NCBI GenBank assembly: GCA_044340335.1
Contig: JBIITU010000001.1
Coordinates: 1 to 55,136, forward strand
Direction: 5' to 3'
Length of the DNA stretch: 55,136 nt
Origin: Steroidobacteraceae bacterium
Lineage (GTDB): Bacteria > Pseudomonadota > Gammaproteobacteria > Steroidobacterales > Steroidobacteraceae
Shown here: one piece after another, positions 16,995 to 25,781 of the stretch
How the letters are laid out: every line of letters starts with the position of its first letter
Position numbering within the stretch: position 1 is the stretch's first letter
Position numbers and translations under genes: made by a program
Notes under the pieces: model-generated
Seen by the model: only the letters and a program-made list of their open reading frames with translations
The model's database searches: none
Told to the model about the DNA's origin: nothing

Positions 16995-18284
16995 CGCGCG
17001 GGCGGGAACGACCGCAACCAGGAGCTTGTCGATGCGCGTGCCGTCCATGTCGATGATTTCGACGCGCAGGTCGCGCCACGTGAAGGTGTCGCCGGCGCGC
17101 GGCACGCGCCCGAGCTTGGCGAGCGCGAAGCCTGCCACCGTGTGGTAGTCCGATGGGTGGGTCATGTCGTGGCGCTCGAGCTCGCGCTGCAGGTCGTCGA
17201 TGGCAAGGTGGCCATCGACGAGCCATGAGCCGTCCTCGCGCCGCTGCAGTTCCGCCCGCTCGCGACTGCCGACGTCGGGCCACTCGCCGGCGATCATCCG
17301 CAGGATGTCGGCGGGCGTGACCACGCCTTCGATCGCGCCGTACTCGTCGGTCACGACCGCAAGATGCACGGGTGAATTCTGGAACTGGTCCAGCAGCTGC
17401 AGCACGGTCAGGCTGTCGGGCACGTGCAGCGGCGGTTCGATATCCGCGGCTTCGTCGAGCTGGCCGCGGCGCAATGCCTCGCTGAGCCGCGCCAGCGTGA
17501 TCATGCCGGCGAGCGACTCGAGGTCGCCGCGCGCGACCAGAAAGCGCGCATGGCCGCTGTCGCTGGCCTGCCGCCACAGCGCCTCGAGCGGCTCGTCCAG
17601 ATCCAGCCAGATCACGTCCTGCCGCGGCACCATGATCGCCGTGACGCTGCGATCGGCCAGCGCGAGCGCACCTTCGATCAGGCGGCGTTCCTTGGCATGG
17701 AACACGCCCGACTTCGTGCCTTCCGTGAGCAGCGCGCGCAGCTCGTCTTCGGTCACGGAAGCGGCGGGCGCGGCCGTCACCGGCAGGAGCCGCACGATGG
17801 CCTCGGTCGAGAACCGCAGCAGCCACACGAGTGGCGACAGCGCGCGCGCGAACACCCGCATGATGGGCGCGACGAAGATCGCGATCGTCTCGGCGTGCGT
17901 CAGCGCGACGCGCTTCGGCACCAGCTCGCCGAACACCAGCGATCCATAGGTGACGATCAGCACGACCAGCGTGAAGGCGATTTCCCGGTCATACGGCACG
18001 TCGACCGGCAAGGTGCGGACCCATTCGACCAGAGGTTCGGCGAGTGCGGCGCCACTGTAGACGCCGGTGAAAATGCCGATCAGCGTGATGCCAACCTGCA
18101 CGGCGGACAGCAGCCCGCTCGGATCCTCGAGCAGCGCCAGCGCCATGCGCGCGCCGCGACTGCCTCGCGCTGCGCGCGATTGCAACCGCGCCCGCTTGGC
18201 TGAAACGAGCGCCATTTCGGCCATGGCGAAGAAGCCGTTCAGCAGGATCAGGCCTGCGATGATCAGGATTTCAAACGTCAGCAT
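16953..18284 (-). CDS. HlyC/CorC (CNNM) family transporter: DUF21, CBS pair and CorC_HlyC domains
   Basis: MLTFEILIIAGLILLNGFFAMAEMALVSAKRARL is the canonical DUF21 start. It is followed by a CBS pair and a C-terminal CorC domain. Confidence 0.9.
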   Translation of the reverse strand: MLTFEILIIAGLILLNGFFAMAEMALVSAKRARLQSRAARGSRGARMALALLEDPSGLLSAVQVGITLIGIFTGVYSGAALAEPLVEWVRTLPVDVPYDREIAFTLVVLIVTYGSLVFGELVPKRVALTHAETIAIFVAPIMRVFARALSPLVWLLRFSTEAIVRLLPVTAAPAASVTEDELRALLTEGTKSGVFHAKERRLIEGALALADRSVTAIMVPRQDVIWLDLDEPLEALWRQASDSGHARFLVARGDLESLAGMITLARLSEALRRGQLDEAADIEPPLHVPDSLTVLQLLDQFQNSPVHLAVVTDEYGAIEGVVTPADILRMIAGEWPDVGSRERAELQRREDGSWLVDGHLAIDDLQRELERHDMTHPSDYHTVAGFALAKLGRVPRAGDTFTWRDLRVEIIDMDGTRIDKLLVAVVPARASAGGDNASELDGG

Positions 18285-18290
18285 GCGGTC

Positions 18291-18875
18291 TCAGCGGCGC
18301 GCCACGATGCTCCATACACCGGCGTCGTCGCGGCAGCCGCGCAGTTTCTCCTTGCGGGGCTTGCCGTTGCGGCCGCGGGCCTGAAGTTCGAATTCCCGGC
18401 AGCGTCGGTCGATGTCGCGCAGCGGTCGCAGGCCATAGACGAAGCCGCTCTGCGGATTCTGCCACTCGACGTAGCCGCCGCTGCCGACGAGCTCCAGCGA
18501 GTGCCCCATGCAGGCGCGATCGCGGTCGTCGATCGCATCGCCGATCCGGTTGCCGATCACGCCGCCGATGATGGCACCCGCGACGGTCGCGATCGTGCGG
18601 TTCTCCGGGCGTGCCGTGCGGTTGCCGATCACGCCGCCCGCCACGGCGCCGAGCGCGGTCAGCGCTTCCTCGGTGTTGCAGCGCCCGCTGAGCACGCCAT
18701 AGTCGCGCTGCCACTCTCGCCCGGAGTAGCCGGCATACGCGGCGCCGTCCTTCGCCCGGCGCCCATGCGCGGGCGCCCAGGGCGGCGGATCCGCGAACGC
18801 ATCGGCTGCGAACAGGGCGCAGAGCGCTGCACCCAGCAGCAGTGCGCTGTTCCGTCGCTGTGGGTGGGCTGGCAT
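18291..18875 (-). CDS. glycine-zipper 2TM / 17-kDa-surface-antigen-like outer membrane protein
   Basis: Signal peptide. Glycine zippers GAVAGGVIGN and AGAIIGGVIGN. C-terminal Cys-containing domain. Its stop lies 6 nt upstream of the CNNM start. Confidence 0.8.
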   Translation of the reverse strand: MPAHPQRRNSALLLGAALCALFAADAFADPPPWAPAHGRRAKDGAAYAGYSGREWQRDYGVLSGRCNTEEALTALGAVAGGVIGNRTARPENRTIATVAGAIIGGVIGNRIGDAIDDRDRACMGHSLELVGSGGYVEWQNPQSGFVYGLRPLRDIDRRCREFELQARGRNGKPRKEKLRGCRDDAGVWSIVARR

Positions 18876-18929
18876 GGAGGCATCCTGTCCGAACTGGGGG
18901 AACAGGATACCCGGCCTGCGGGCTGGGCG

Positions 18930-19172
18930 TCAGCCGCTCGAGCCGCCGGCCTGCGCGAGGGCTTCCAGCGCCGCCTCGACCTGCCGATTGACGGTATCGC
19001 GGCGCCGCTCCGCCTGCTCGAGGCGCCGCGCGGCGGCGATCGCAGCGCGCAGGTCCACCAGCGTCGCATCCTGCAGACGCGCCATCTCGTTGCGAGCCGC
19101 GAGCCACTCGCGTGTTGCGTCGCGCCACTGGCGGCGCAGGTGCTGGAGGCCCGGTGAGCTGCCATCGTCCAT
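18930..19172 (-). CDS. hypothetical small coiled-coil protein (80 aa)
   Basis: This is the only coding-looking part of the 453-aa ORF 18930..20291; the rest of that ORF is antisense to the GST gene. Heptad-like Ala/Arg/Glu-rich sequence. Confidence 0.35.
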   Translation of the reverse strand: MDDGSSPGLQHLRRQWRDATREWLAARNEMARLQDATLVDLRAAIAAARRLEQAERRRDTVNRQVEAALEALAQAGGSSG

Positions 19173-19319
19173 GTGCGGATGCCTTTCTGCAGCGGTCTGG
19201 GGCGGCACTGTAGGAGTCGTTGATGACGGCGTGATGTCGTGCCCGCGTGCCGCGCCCAGCCGGACTCGACGCCCGGCGCGTGCGCGGCGATGATGCGAGC
19301 CGTGCAAGGAGGGGCTGAC

Positions 19320-20003
19320 ATGTACGAACTGTATATCGCCAACAAGAATTACTCGTCGTGGTCGCTGCGGCCCTGGGTGCTGATGCGCGAGCGCGACATC
19401 GGCTTCGTCGAGAAGATCATGCCGTTCTCGGATTCCGGCAACTACGAAGCGTTCCGCGCGTTCTCGCCGACCGGCAAAGTGCCTTGCCTGCGCGATGGCG
19501 CGCTCGCGGTGTGGGATTCGCTCGCGATCGCGGAGTACCTGGCCGAGCGGCATCCCGGCGTGTGGCCGGTCGACGCGGTGGCGCGCGCCTGGGCGCGTTG
19601 CGCGGCGGCCGAAATGCATGCCGGCTTCGGCGTGCTGCGCGACCGCTGCTCGATGACGGTCGGGCAGCGCGTGCGCCTGCACGAAGTGCCGGCGGAATTG
19701 CAGCGCGACCTCGATCGCCTCGACGAGCTGTGGGGCGAGGGCCTGCGCCGCTTCGGCGGGCCTTTCCTTGCGGGTGCGGCGTTCACTGCGGTGGACGCGT
19801 TCTTCGCGCCGGTGGCTTATCGCATCCAGACCTACTCGCTCGAACTCAGCAAGCCCGCGCTCGATTATGCGGCGCAGCTGCGCGAGCTGCCGTCGATGCG
19901 CGACTGGAGCGCTGCGGCGCTGCGCGAGACCTGGCGCGAACAGGCGCATGAGGCGGATATCGCGCGCCATGGCACCGTGGTGCAGGATTTGCGCGCGCGC
20001 TGA
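19320..20003 (+). CDS. glutathione S-transferase family protein
   Basis: MYELYIANKNYSSWSLRPW...GKVPCL...VWDSLAIAEYL is a GST N-terminal thioredoxin-like fold. AAGGAGG lies upstream of the ATG at 19320. Confidence 0.9.
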   Translation: MYELYIANKNYSSWSLRPWVLMRERDIGFVEKIMPFSDSGNYEAFRAFSPTGKVPCLRDGALAVWDSLAIAEYLAERHPGVWPVDAVARAWARCAAAEMHAGFGVLRDRCSMTVGQRVRLHEVPAELQRDLDRLDELWGEGLRRFGGPFLAGAAFTAVDAFFAPVAYRIQTYSLELSKPALDYAAQLRELPSMRDWSAAALRETWREQAHEADIARHGTVVQDLRAR

Positions 20004-20026
20004 GCGCGGGCGTGGGAGAGTCGCTG

Positions 20027-21691
20027 GTGCACGCATCGAACCTACATCCAGGCGCGCTCGTCGCGACGCTGCTGGCAGCCCTGCTGGCAGCAGGCTGCGT
20101 GCCGCGCGCGCTCCCTGCTGCGAAACCCGCCGCGTCAGCGGCTGACGAGGTCGAGGCGCCGCAGCGGTTCCGCGGGCTGTATCGCTACTTCGCGGACGCC
20201 GCTGCGATCGAAACCTGCGACGGCGGCAAGCGCTACCCGATCCTGATCGAGGGTGAGCACCTGGCGCTGGAGCGCGCCTGGCTTGCTGCAAGTCCCGGCC
20301 TCGACGCGCGGCGCCTCGCAGAGTTCGAGGCGGTGGTGGAACTGCGCGAGCCCGAGCCCGGAATGCCGCAGCGCGAGTTCCTGCGAGTCACGCGCTTCAT
20401 CTCTCTCGGCGATGCGTCGACTTGCGCGGCCACGACCATGGCAGCGCCAGCCGTCGCGGGCGAGCTCGCGCGCCGCATCGAAGACCTGCAGCCGCGCATC
20501 ATCGAGTGGCGGCGCGACCTGCATCAGAACCCGGAGCTGTCGAACCGCGAGTTCCGCACGTCCAAAGTGGTTGCGGACCACCTGCGTCGGCTCGGCTTGC
20601 CGGTGGAGACGGGCATCGCGAAGACCGGGGTCGTCGCGCTGCTCGAAGGCGGCCTGCCCGGGCCGACGATCGCTTTGCGCGCCGACATGGATGCCCTGCC
20701 GGTCACCGAAAGGACCGACGTGCCGTTCCGCTCGCGGGTCACGACCACCTACCGCGGCGAAACCGTCGGCGTCATGCATGCCTGTGGCCACGATGCGCAC
20801 ACCGCGGTGCTGATGGGAGTTGCCGAAGCGCTGGTCGCCGTGCGCGCGCAGTTGCCGGGCAAGGTGCTGCTCATCTTCCAGCCTGCCGAGGAGGGTGCGC
20901 CCGCGGGCGAGGAGGGCGGCGCGGAACTCATGCTCAAGGAAGGCCTCTTCGCCAGGCACCGCCCCGAGGTTGCGTTCGGCCTGCACGTGCGTTCGACCTT
21001 GCGGGTGAACCAGATCGGCTATCGCGGCGGGCCGATCATGGCCGGGTCCGACTCGTGGCGCATGGTCGTGCGCGGCCGGCAGACCCATGGGGCACGGCCG
21101 TGGGAAGGGGTCGACCCGATCGTCACCGCCGCGCAGATCGTCAACGCACTGCAGACCATCGTCAGCCGCCAGGTCGACATCACGGCGAATCCTGCCGTGG
21201 TGACCGTGGGCGCGATCAAGGGCGGCATCCGCAACAACATCGTGCCGGACGAAGTCGAGATGATCGGCACGATCCGGACGTTCGATCCGCAGCAGCGCGC
21301 CGACATCGTCGAGCGGATGCAGCGCATGGCGCAGAGCATCGCCGCGGCGAACGGCGCGACGGCGGAGTTCGCCGTCGATCCGGGCAGCAATCCCGTGGTC
21401 TACAACAATCCCGAGCTGACGGCGCGGATGCTGCCATCGCTGCGGCGCACGGTGGGCGACGCGAACGTCAGGCCGCTGCCGTTGCTGACGAGCTCCGAGG
21501 ACTTCGCGTTCTACGCGCAGCAGGTGCCGAGCCTGTTCTTCTTCGTCGGCATCACGCCGGCGGACCAGAACCCGTTGCTCGCGCCGGCGAACCACTCGCC
21601 GCTGTTCTACATCGACGAGGCGGGGATCGCAGTCGCGGCGCGCGCCATGGCGAACGTCGCGATCGACTACCTCACGTCAACGCAGCGCTGA
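20027..21691 (+). CDS. lipoprotein fusion: NlpE C-terminal-like domain plus M20/M25/M40 amidohydrolase (hippuricase/aminoacylase type)
   Basis: Lipobox LLAAGC. GLYRYFADAAAIETCDGGKRYPI...LERAWL resembles the E. coli NlpE C-domain. MHACGHDAHTAVLMG and the PAEEG motifs belong to M20D amidohydrolases. GGGAGAG lies 6 nt upstream of the GTG at 20027; an alternative start exists at 20012. Confidence 0.88.
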   Translation: MHASNLHPGALVATLLAALLAAGCVPRALPAAKPAASAADEVEAPQRFRGLYRYFADAAAIETCDGGKRYPILIEGEHLALERAWLAASPGLDARRLAEFEAVVELREPEPGMPQREFLRVTRFISLGDASTCAATTMAAPAVAGELARRIEDLQPRIIEWRRDLHQNPELSNREFRTSKVVADHLRRLGLPVETGIAKTGVVALLEGGLPGPTIALRADMDALPVTERTDVPFRSRVTTTYRGETVGVMHACGHDAHTAVLMGVAEALVAVRAQLPGKVLLIFQPAEEGAPAGEEGGAELMLKEGLFARHRPEVAFGLHVRSTLRVNQIGYRGGPIMAGSDSWRMVVRGRQTHGARPWEGVDPIVTAAQIVNALQTIVSRQVDITANPAVVTVGAIKGGIRNNIVPDEVEMIGTIRTFDPQQRADIVERMQRMAQSIAAANGATAEFAVDPGSNPVVYNNPELTARMLPSLRRTVGDANVRPLPLLTSSEDFAFYAQQVPSLFFFVGITPADQNPLLAPANHSPLFYIDEAGIAVAARAMANVAIDYLTSTQR

Positions 21692-23822
21692 TCGGCAACC
21701 GGCGGATGCGGCGACCGGTGGCGGCGTAGATCGCGCCGCAGACGGCCGCTGCGATCGGCGGCGTGCCCGGTTCGCCGATGCCGCCCAGCGGGCCATCGCT
21801 GTTGACGATATGCACGTCGATGGCAGGGCACTCGGACAGGCGCAGCATCGGATAGGTGTCGAAGTTGGACTGCTGTGGCTCGCCCGCGGTGATGGTGATC
21901 TCGCCGTACAGCGCCGCCGTCAGGCCGTAGACGATGCCGCTCTGCATCTGCGCGACGACCTGGTCGGGATTGATCGCGAGCCCGCAGTCGACCGCGCAGG
22001 TCACGCGGTGCACGCGCACGGCGCTGCCCTCGACCGACACTTCCGCGACCTGCGCGACGATGCTGCCGAAGCTCTCGTGCAGCGCGACACCGTGGAAGCG
22101 GCCCGGCGCCAGCGGCTGGCCATACTTCGATTCGCTGACGGCCTTGTCGAGCACGGCAAGGTGGCGCGGTTTGCCGGCGAGCAGCTCGCGGCGCAGCTCG
22201 GCCGGATCGCGCCCGCCGAGGGCCGCCAGTTCGTCGATCGCAGAGTTGGCGACGAAGCCGTTGATCGAGTGGCCGACCGAACGCCACCAGAGGATCGGCA
22301 CGACTTCGTTCGTCTGGTGCACTTCGACGCGCAGGTTGTCGATGGCGTACGGCATGTCGGCCGAGCCCTCGACGCTGGTCGGATCGAAGCCGTTGCGCAT
22401 GATGCCGGCGGCGAAGATCGACTGCGCCAGCACGGGTTTGCCGATGGAGGTGTGCAGGTACGCGACTGGCCGGCCGGCCGCATCGACGCCACCGCGCACG
22501 CGATTGATGCTGTGCGGACGGTAGTAGCCGCCGCGCATGTCGTCTTCGCGCGTCCAGACCGTCTTGACCGGCTTGCCGACACCGTTGGCGACGTGCACGG
22601 CCTCGACGGTGAAATCCGAATGCGTGCTCGCGCGCCGACCGAAACCGCCGCCGAGGAATTGCGTGTGCAGCGTGATCGCCGACTCTTCGATGCCGAGCGC
22701 CCGCGCGACGAACATGACGTCCTGCGACTGGTTCTGCGTGCCGACCCAGATCTCGCAGCGCCCGTCGGTGACGTGCGCGACGCAATTCAGCGGCTCCATG
22801 CAGGCATGCGCGAGGTAGGGCAGCTCGTACTCGACGTCGAAGCGCCGCGCCGCGCCGCGCAGCGCGCCCGCCGCATCGCCCTGTTCCTTGGCGACGATGC
22901 CTGGCCGCTGCGCCAGCGCGCGCCACTCGGCGCGCTGGGCCTCGGTGGACAGGCTGGCGCCTGCGCCCGGATCCCACTCGATCTTCAGTGCGTCGCGACC
23001 CTGCTTCGCGGCCCAGGTGTGGCGCGCGATGACGGCGACGCCGCTGGGGATCTGCTTGACCTCGACGACGCCAGGCACGGCCAGCGCTGCGGTGGCATCG
23101 AAGCTGCGGATCTGGCCGCCGAACACTGGCGCGCGCGCGACCATGGCCGTCAGCATGTCGGGCAGGTCGACGTCGAGTCCGAACTGCGCGCGACCCGTGA
23201 CCTTCGCGACGCTGTCGAGCCGGCGCTGCGGTTTGCCGATCCAGCGATACTGCTCGCGCGCCTTCATCTCGACCTTGGCAGGCGCGGGCAGTGTCGCCGC
23301 AATCGCCGCGAGCGAGCCGTAGCTCGCGCGGCGCTGCCCGTCGGTGACCACGCCGTCGTCGGTGCGCAGCGTGGCGACATCGACGCCCCAGTCCTGCGCG
23401 GCCGCCGAAAGCAGCATGGCCCGCGCCATCGCACCTGCTTCGCGCAGTGCGTCGAAGGTGCTGGTGGTGCTGTTGCTGCCGCCCGTGAACTGCATCTTCA
23501 TGAACGGATGATTGAACGCCGGATCGACGCCGGCGGTTTCGACGCGCACGCGCTGCGGATCGAGGTCGAGTTCTTCGGCGACGATCATCGGCAGGCCGGT
23601 GTAGATGCCCTGGCCCATCTCCGACTTGCCGATGATGATCGTGACGACGTCGTCGCTCGCGATGCGCACGAAGGCGTGCGGCTTGAAGTCGACCGGGGGG
23701 GCGGATTCGCGCAGCAGTTGCGGCACGAGCTTGATGCCCGCGGCCGTGCCCGCGGCCACGACGCCGATGCCGATCAGGAACTGCCGGCGGCTGGTGCTGG
23801 CATCCAGTTCATCGCGCGCCAT
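21672..23822 (-). CDS. molybdopterin-binding oxidoreductase large subunit (IorB / aldehyde oxidase family) with a Tat signal
   Basis: The twin-arginine motif SRRQFLIGIGVVAAGTAAG is followed by xanthine-dehydrogenase-family Mo-binding domains. Confidence 0.9.
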   Translation of the reverse strand: MARDELDASTSRRQFLIGIGVVAAGTAAGIKLVPQLLRESAPPVDFKPHAFVRIASDDVVTIIIGKSEMGQGIYTGLPMIVAEELDLDPQRVRVETAGVDPAFNHPFMKMQFTGGSNSTTSTFDALREAGAMARAMLLSAAAQDWGVDVATLRTDDGVVTDGQRRASYGSLAAIAATLPAPAKVEMKAREQYRWIGKPQRRLDSVAKVTGRAQFGLDVDLPDMLTAMVARAPVFGGQIRSFDATAALAVPGVVEVKQIPSGVAVIARHTWAAKQGRDALKIEWDPGAGASLSTEAQRAEWRALAQRPGIVAKEQGDAAGALRGAARRFDVEYELPYLAHACMEPLNCVAHVTDGRCEIWVGTQNQSQDVMFVARALGIEESAITLHTQFLGGGFGRRASTHSDFTVEAVHVANGVGKPVKTVWTREDDMRGGYYRPHSINRVRGGVDAAGRPVAYLHTSIGKPVLAQSIFAAGIMRNGFDPTSVEGSADMPYAIDNLRVEVHQTNEVVPILWWRSVGHSINGFVANSAIDELAALGGRDPAELRRELLAGKPRHLAVLDKAVSESKYGQPLAPGRFHGVALHESFGSIVAQVAEVSVEGSAVRVHRVTCAVDCGLAINPDQVVAQMQSGIVYGLTAALYGEITITAGEPQQSNFDTYPMLRLSECPAIDVHIVNSDGPLGGIGEPGTPPIAAAVCGAIYAATGRRIRRLPISAALT

Positions 23823-23824
23823 GG

Positions 23825-24289
23825 TCAATCCTCGCCGCGCGCGAGTTCAGCGGCGCGCTTTACGGCGGCGCGAATCCGCGGATACGTGCCGCAGCGGCAC
23901 AGGTTGCCGTCGAGCGCCGCGTCGATGTCGGCATCGCTGGGGTTGGGGTTGGTGTCGAGCAGCGCGGCGGCCGCCATCACCTGCCCGGACTGGCAGTAGC
24001 CGCACTGGACGACGTCGAGTTCGATCCAGGCGCGCTGCACCGGGTGGCTCGCGTCGCTCGCCAGGCCTTCGATCGTGGTCACGCCAGCCGTGCCGACGGC
24101 GGCCAGCGGCGTCACGCAGGCACGCACCGGCTGGCCATCGAGATGCACCGTGCAGGCGCCGCACAGCGCGGCGCCACAACCGTACTTCGTGCCGGTGAGC
24201 TTCAGCAGATCGCGCAGGGCCCACAGCAGGGGCATGTCTGGATCGGCGTCGACTTCGCGGCGGATACCATTGACGTTCAGGGAAATCAC
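23825..24289 (-). CDS. (2Fe-2S)-binding small subunit (IorA-like)
   Basis: [12 protein letters not shown] and QCGYCQSG cluster motifs. GTG start with GAGGA upstream. Confidence 0.9.
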   Translation of the reverse strand: MISLNVNGIRREVDADPDMPLLWALRDLLKLTGTKYGCGAALCGACTVHLDGQPVRACVTPLAAVGTAGVTTIEGLASDASHPVQRAWIELDVVQCGYCQSGQVMAAAALLDTNPNPSDADIDAALDGNLCRCGTYPRIRAAVKRAAELARGED

Positions 24290-24350
24290 GGCCGAGTCCT
24301 CGTATAGGCTAGAGTCGCAGCAGGTCGACAGGGTAGGCGGCGGATACTAC

Positions 24351-25781
24351 ATGGAAATAGAGTTTTTCGGCGCCGCCGGCGAGGTGACGGGTTCGTGTCA
24401 CGTGGTGCACGTCGGCGGCCGGCAGCTACTGCTCGACTGCGGCATGGTGCAGGGCGGGCGCGACGCCCCGGAACGCAACCGGGAGCCGTTTCCGTTCCAG
24501 GCCCAGGCCATCGACGCCGTGATCCTGAGTCACACGCATATCGACCATTGCGGCCGGCTGCCGCTGCTGGTCAAGCGCGGTTACCGCGGCCCGATCTACA
24601 CGAATGATGCCTGCGCGGACCTGCTGCCCATCCTGCTGCGTGACTCCGCGCATCTCGGCATCCGCGATGCCGAGCGCACCAATCGTCGGCGTGGCCCGGA
24701 TGAGCCACAGGCGCGGCCGCTGTATGACCTCGACGATGTCGAACGCACGCTGACGCTGGTCAAGCGGCTGCCCTACGACATGGTGCGACCGCTGCTGCCG
24801 GGCGTGCAGGTGCGGGTGCGCGATGCGGGCCACATCATGGGATCGTCGAGCATCGAGCTGTGGCTGGCCGAGGGCGAACTGCGGCGCAAACTCGTCTTCA
24901 GCGGCGATCTGGGCCAGTACGACTCGCCGATCCTGCAGGATCCGCATCGGTTCGACACGGCGGATCTCGTGCTGATGGAGTCCACCTACGGCGGCCGCCG
25001 GCACCGTGATCGCAAGGCGACCGAGCTTGAGTTCGGCGAAATCCTCGACGCTGCCTGGCGCGATGGCGGCAACATCATCATCCCGGCGTTCGCGATCGGC
25101 CGCAGCCAGGAAGTGCTGTACCTGCTCGGTGCGAACCGCGAAAGCTGGAAAGTCGACCGCTGGCAGGTGTTCCTCGACAGCCCGATGGCGATCGAGGCGA
25201 GCCGGGTGTACTGGAAGCATGCGGATCGCTATGACGCCGAAGCCCGGCATCTGCGCGCGTCGTTCGCGGACATGCCGCCGCTGCCGAACCTGACGCTGTC
25301 GCGCACCGGCGAGGAGTCGCAGCGCATCAACCGGATCCGCAGCGGCGCGCTGATCATCGCCGGCAGCGGCATGTGCAACGGCGGTCGCGTGCTGCATCAC
25401 CTTAAGCACAACGTGGAACGCCCGGAGTGCCACGTCGTCATCACCGGCTTCCAGGCGCCCGGCACGCTGGGCCGCGCGATCGTCGATCGTCTGCCGACAA
25501 TCCGGATCTATGGTGAAACGCTGCGGCTCGCAGCGCAGGTGCACACGCTGGGCGGACTCTCGGCGCACGGCGACCAGGAAGACCTGCTGCGCTGGTATGG
25601 GGGCTTCGAGCCGCCGCCGCCCGTCTGGCTCGTGCACGGCGAACCCGAGGCCGCGGCCGGTCTTGCGGCGCGCTTTCGCGAACGCGGCGTCGCCGCGACA
25701 CTCGCGCAACCCGGCATGCGTATCGACATGGCGTCGCTGCCGGCGCTGGCACATGATCATCCCCACGACGCACCCATGTGA
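24351..25781 (+). CDS. MBL-fold metallo-hydrolase with beta-CASP and RNA-specificity domains (RNase J/CPSF-like)
   Basis: The HTHIDHCG motif, beta-CASP layout and C-terminal SAHGDQEDL motif are present. Confidence 0.9.
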   Translation: MEIEFFGAAGEVTGSCHVVHVGGRQLLLDCGMVQGGRDAPERNREPFPFQAQAIDAVILSHTHIDHCGRLPLLVKRGYRGPIYTNDACADLLPILLRDSAHLGIRDAERTNRRRGPDEPQARPLYDLDDVERTLTLVKRLPYDMVRPLLPGVQVRVRDAGHIMGSSSIELWLAEGELRRKLVFSGDLGQYDSPILQDPHRFDTADLVLMESTYGGRRHRDRKATELEFGEILDAAWRDGGNIIIPAFAIGRSQEVLYLLGANRESWKVDRWQVFLDSPMAIEASRVYWKHADRYDAEARHLRASFADMPPLPNLTLSRTGEESQRINRIRSGALIIAGSGMCNGGRVLHHLKHNVERPECHVVITGFQAPGTLGRAIVDRLPTIRIYGETLRLAAQVHTLGGLSAHGDQEDLLRWYGGFEPPPPVWLVHGEPEAAAGLAARFRERGVAATLAQPGMRIDMASLPALAHDHPHDAPM

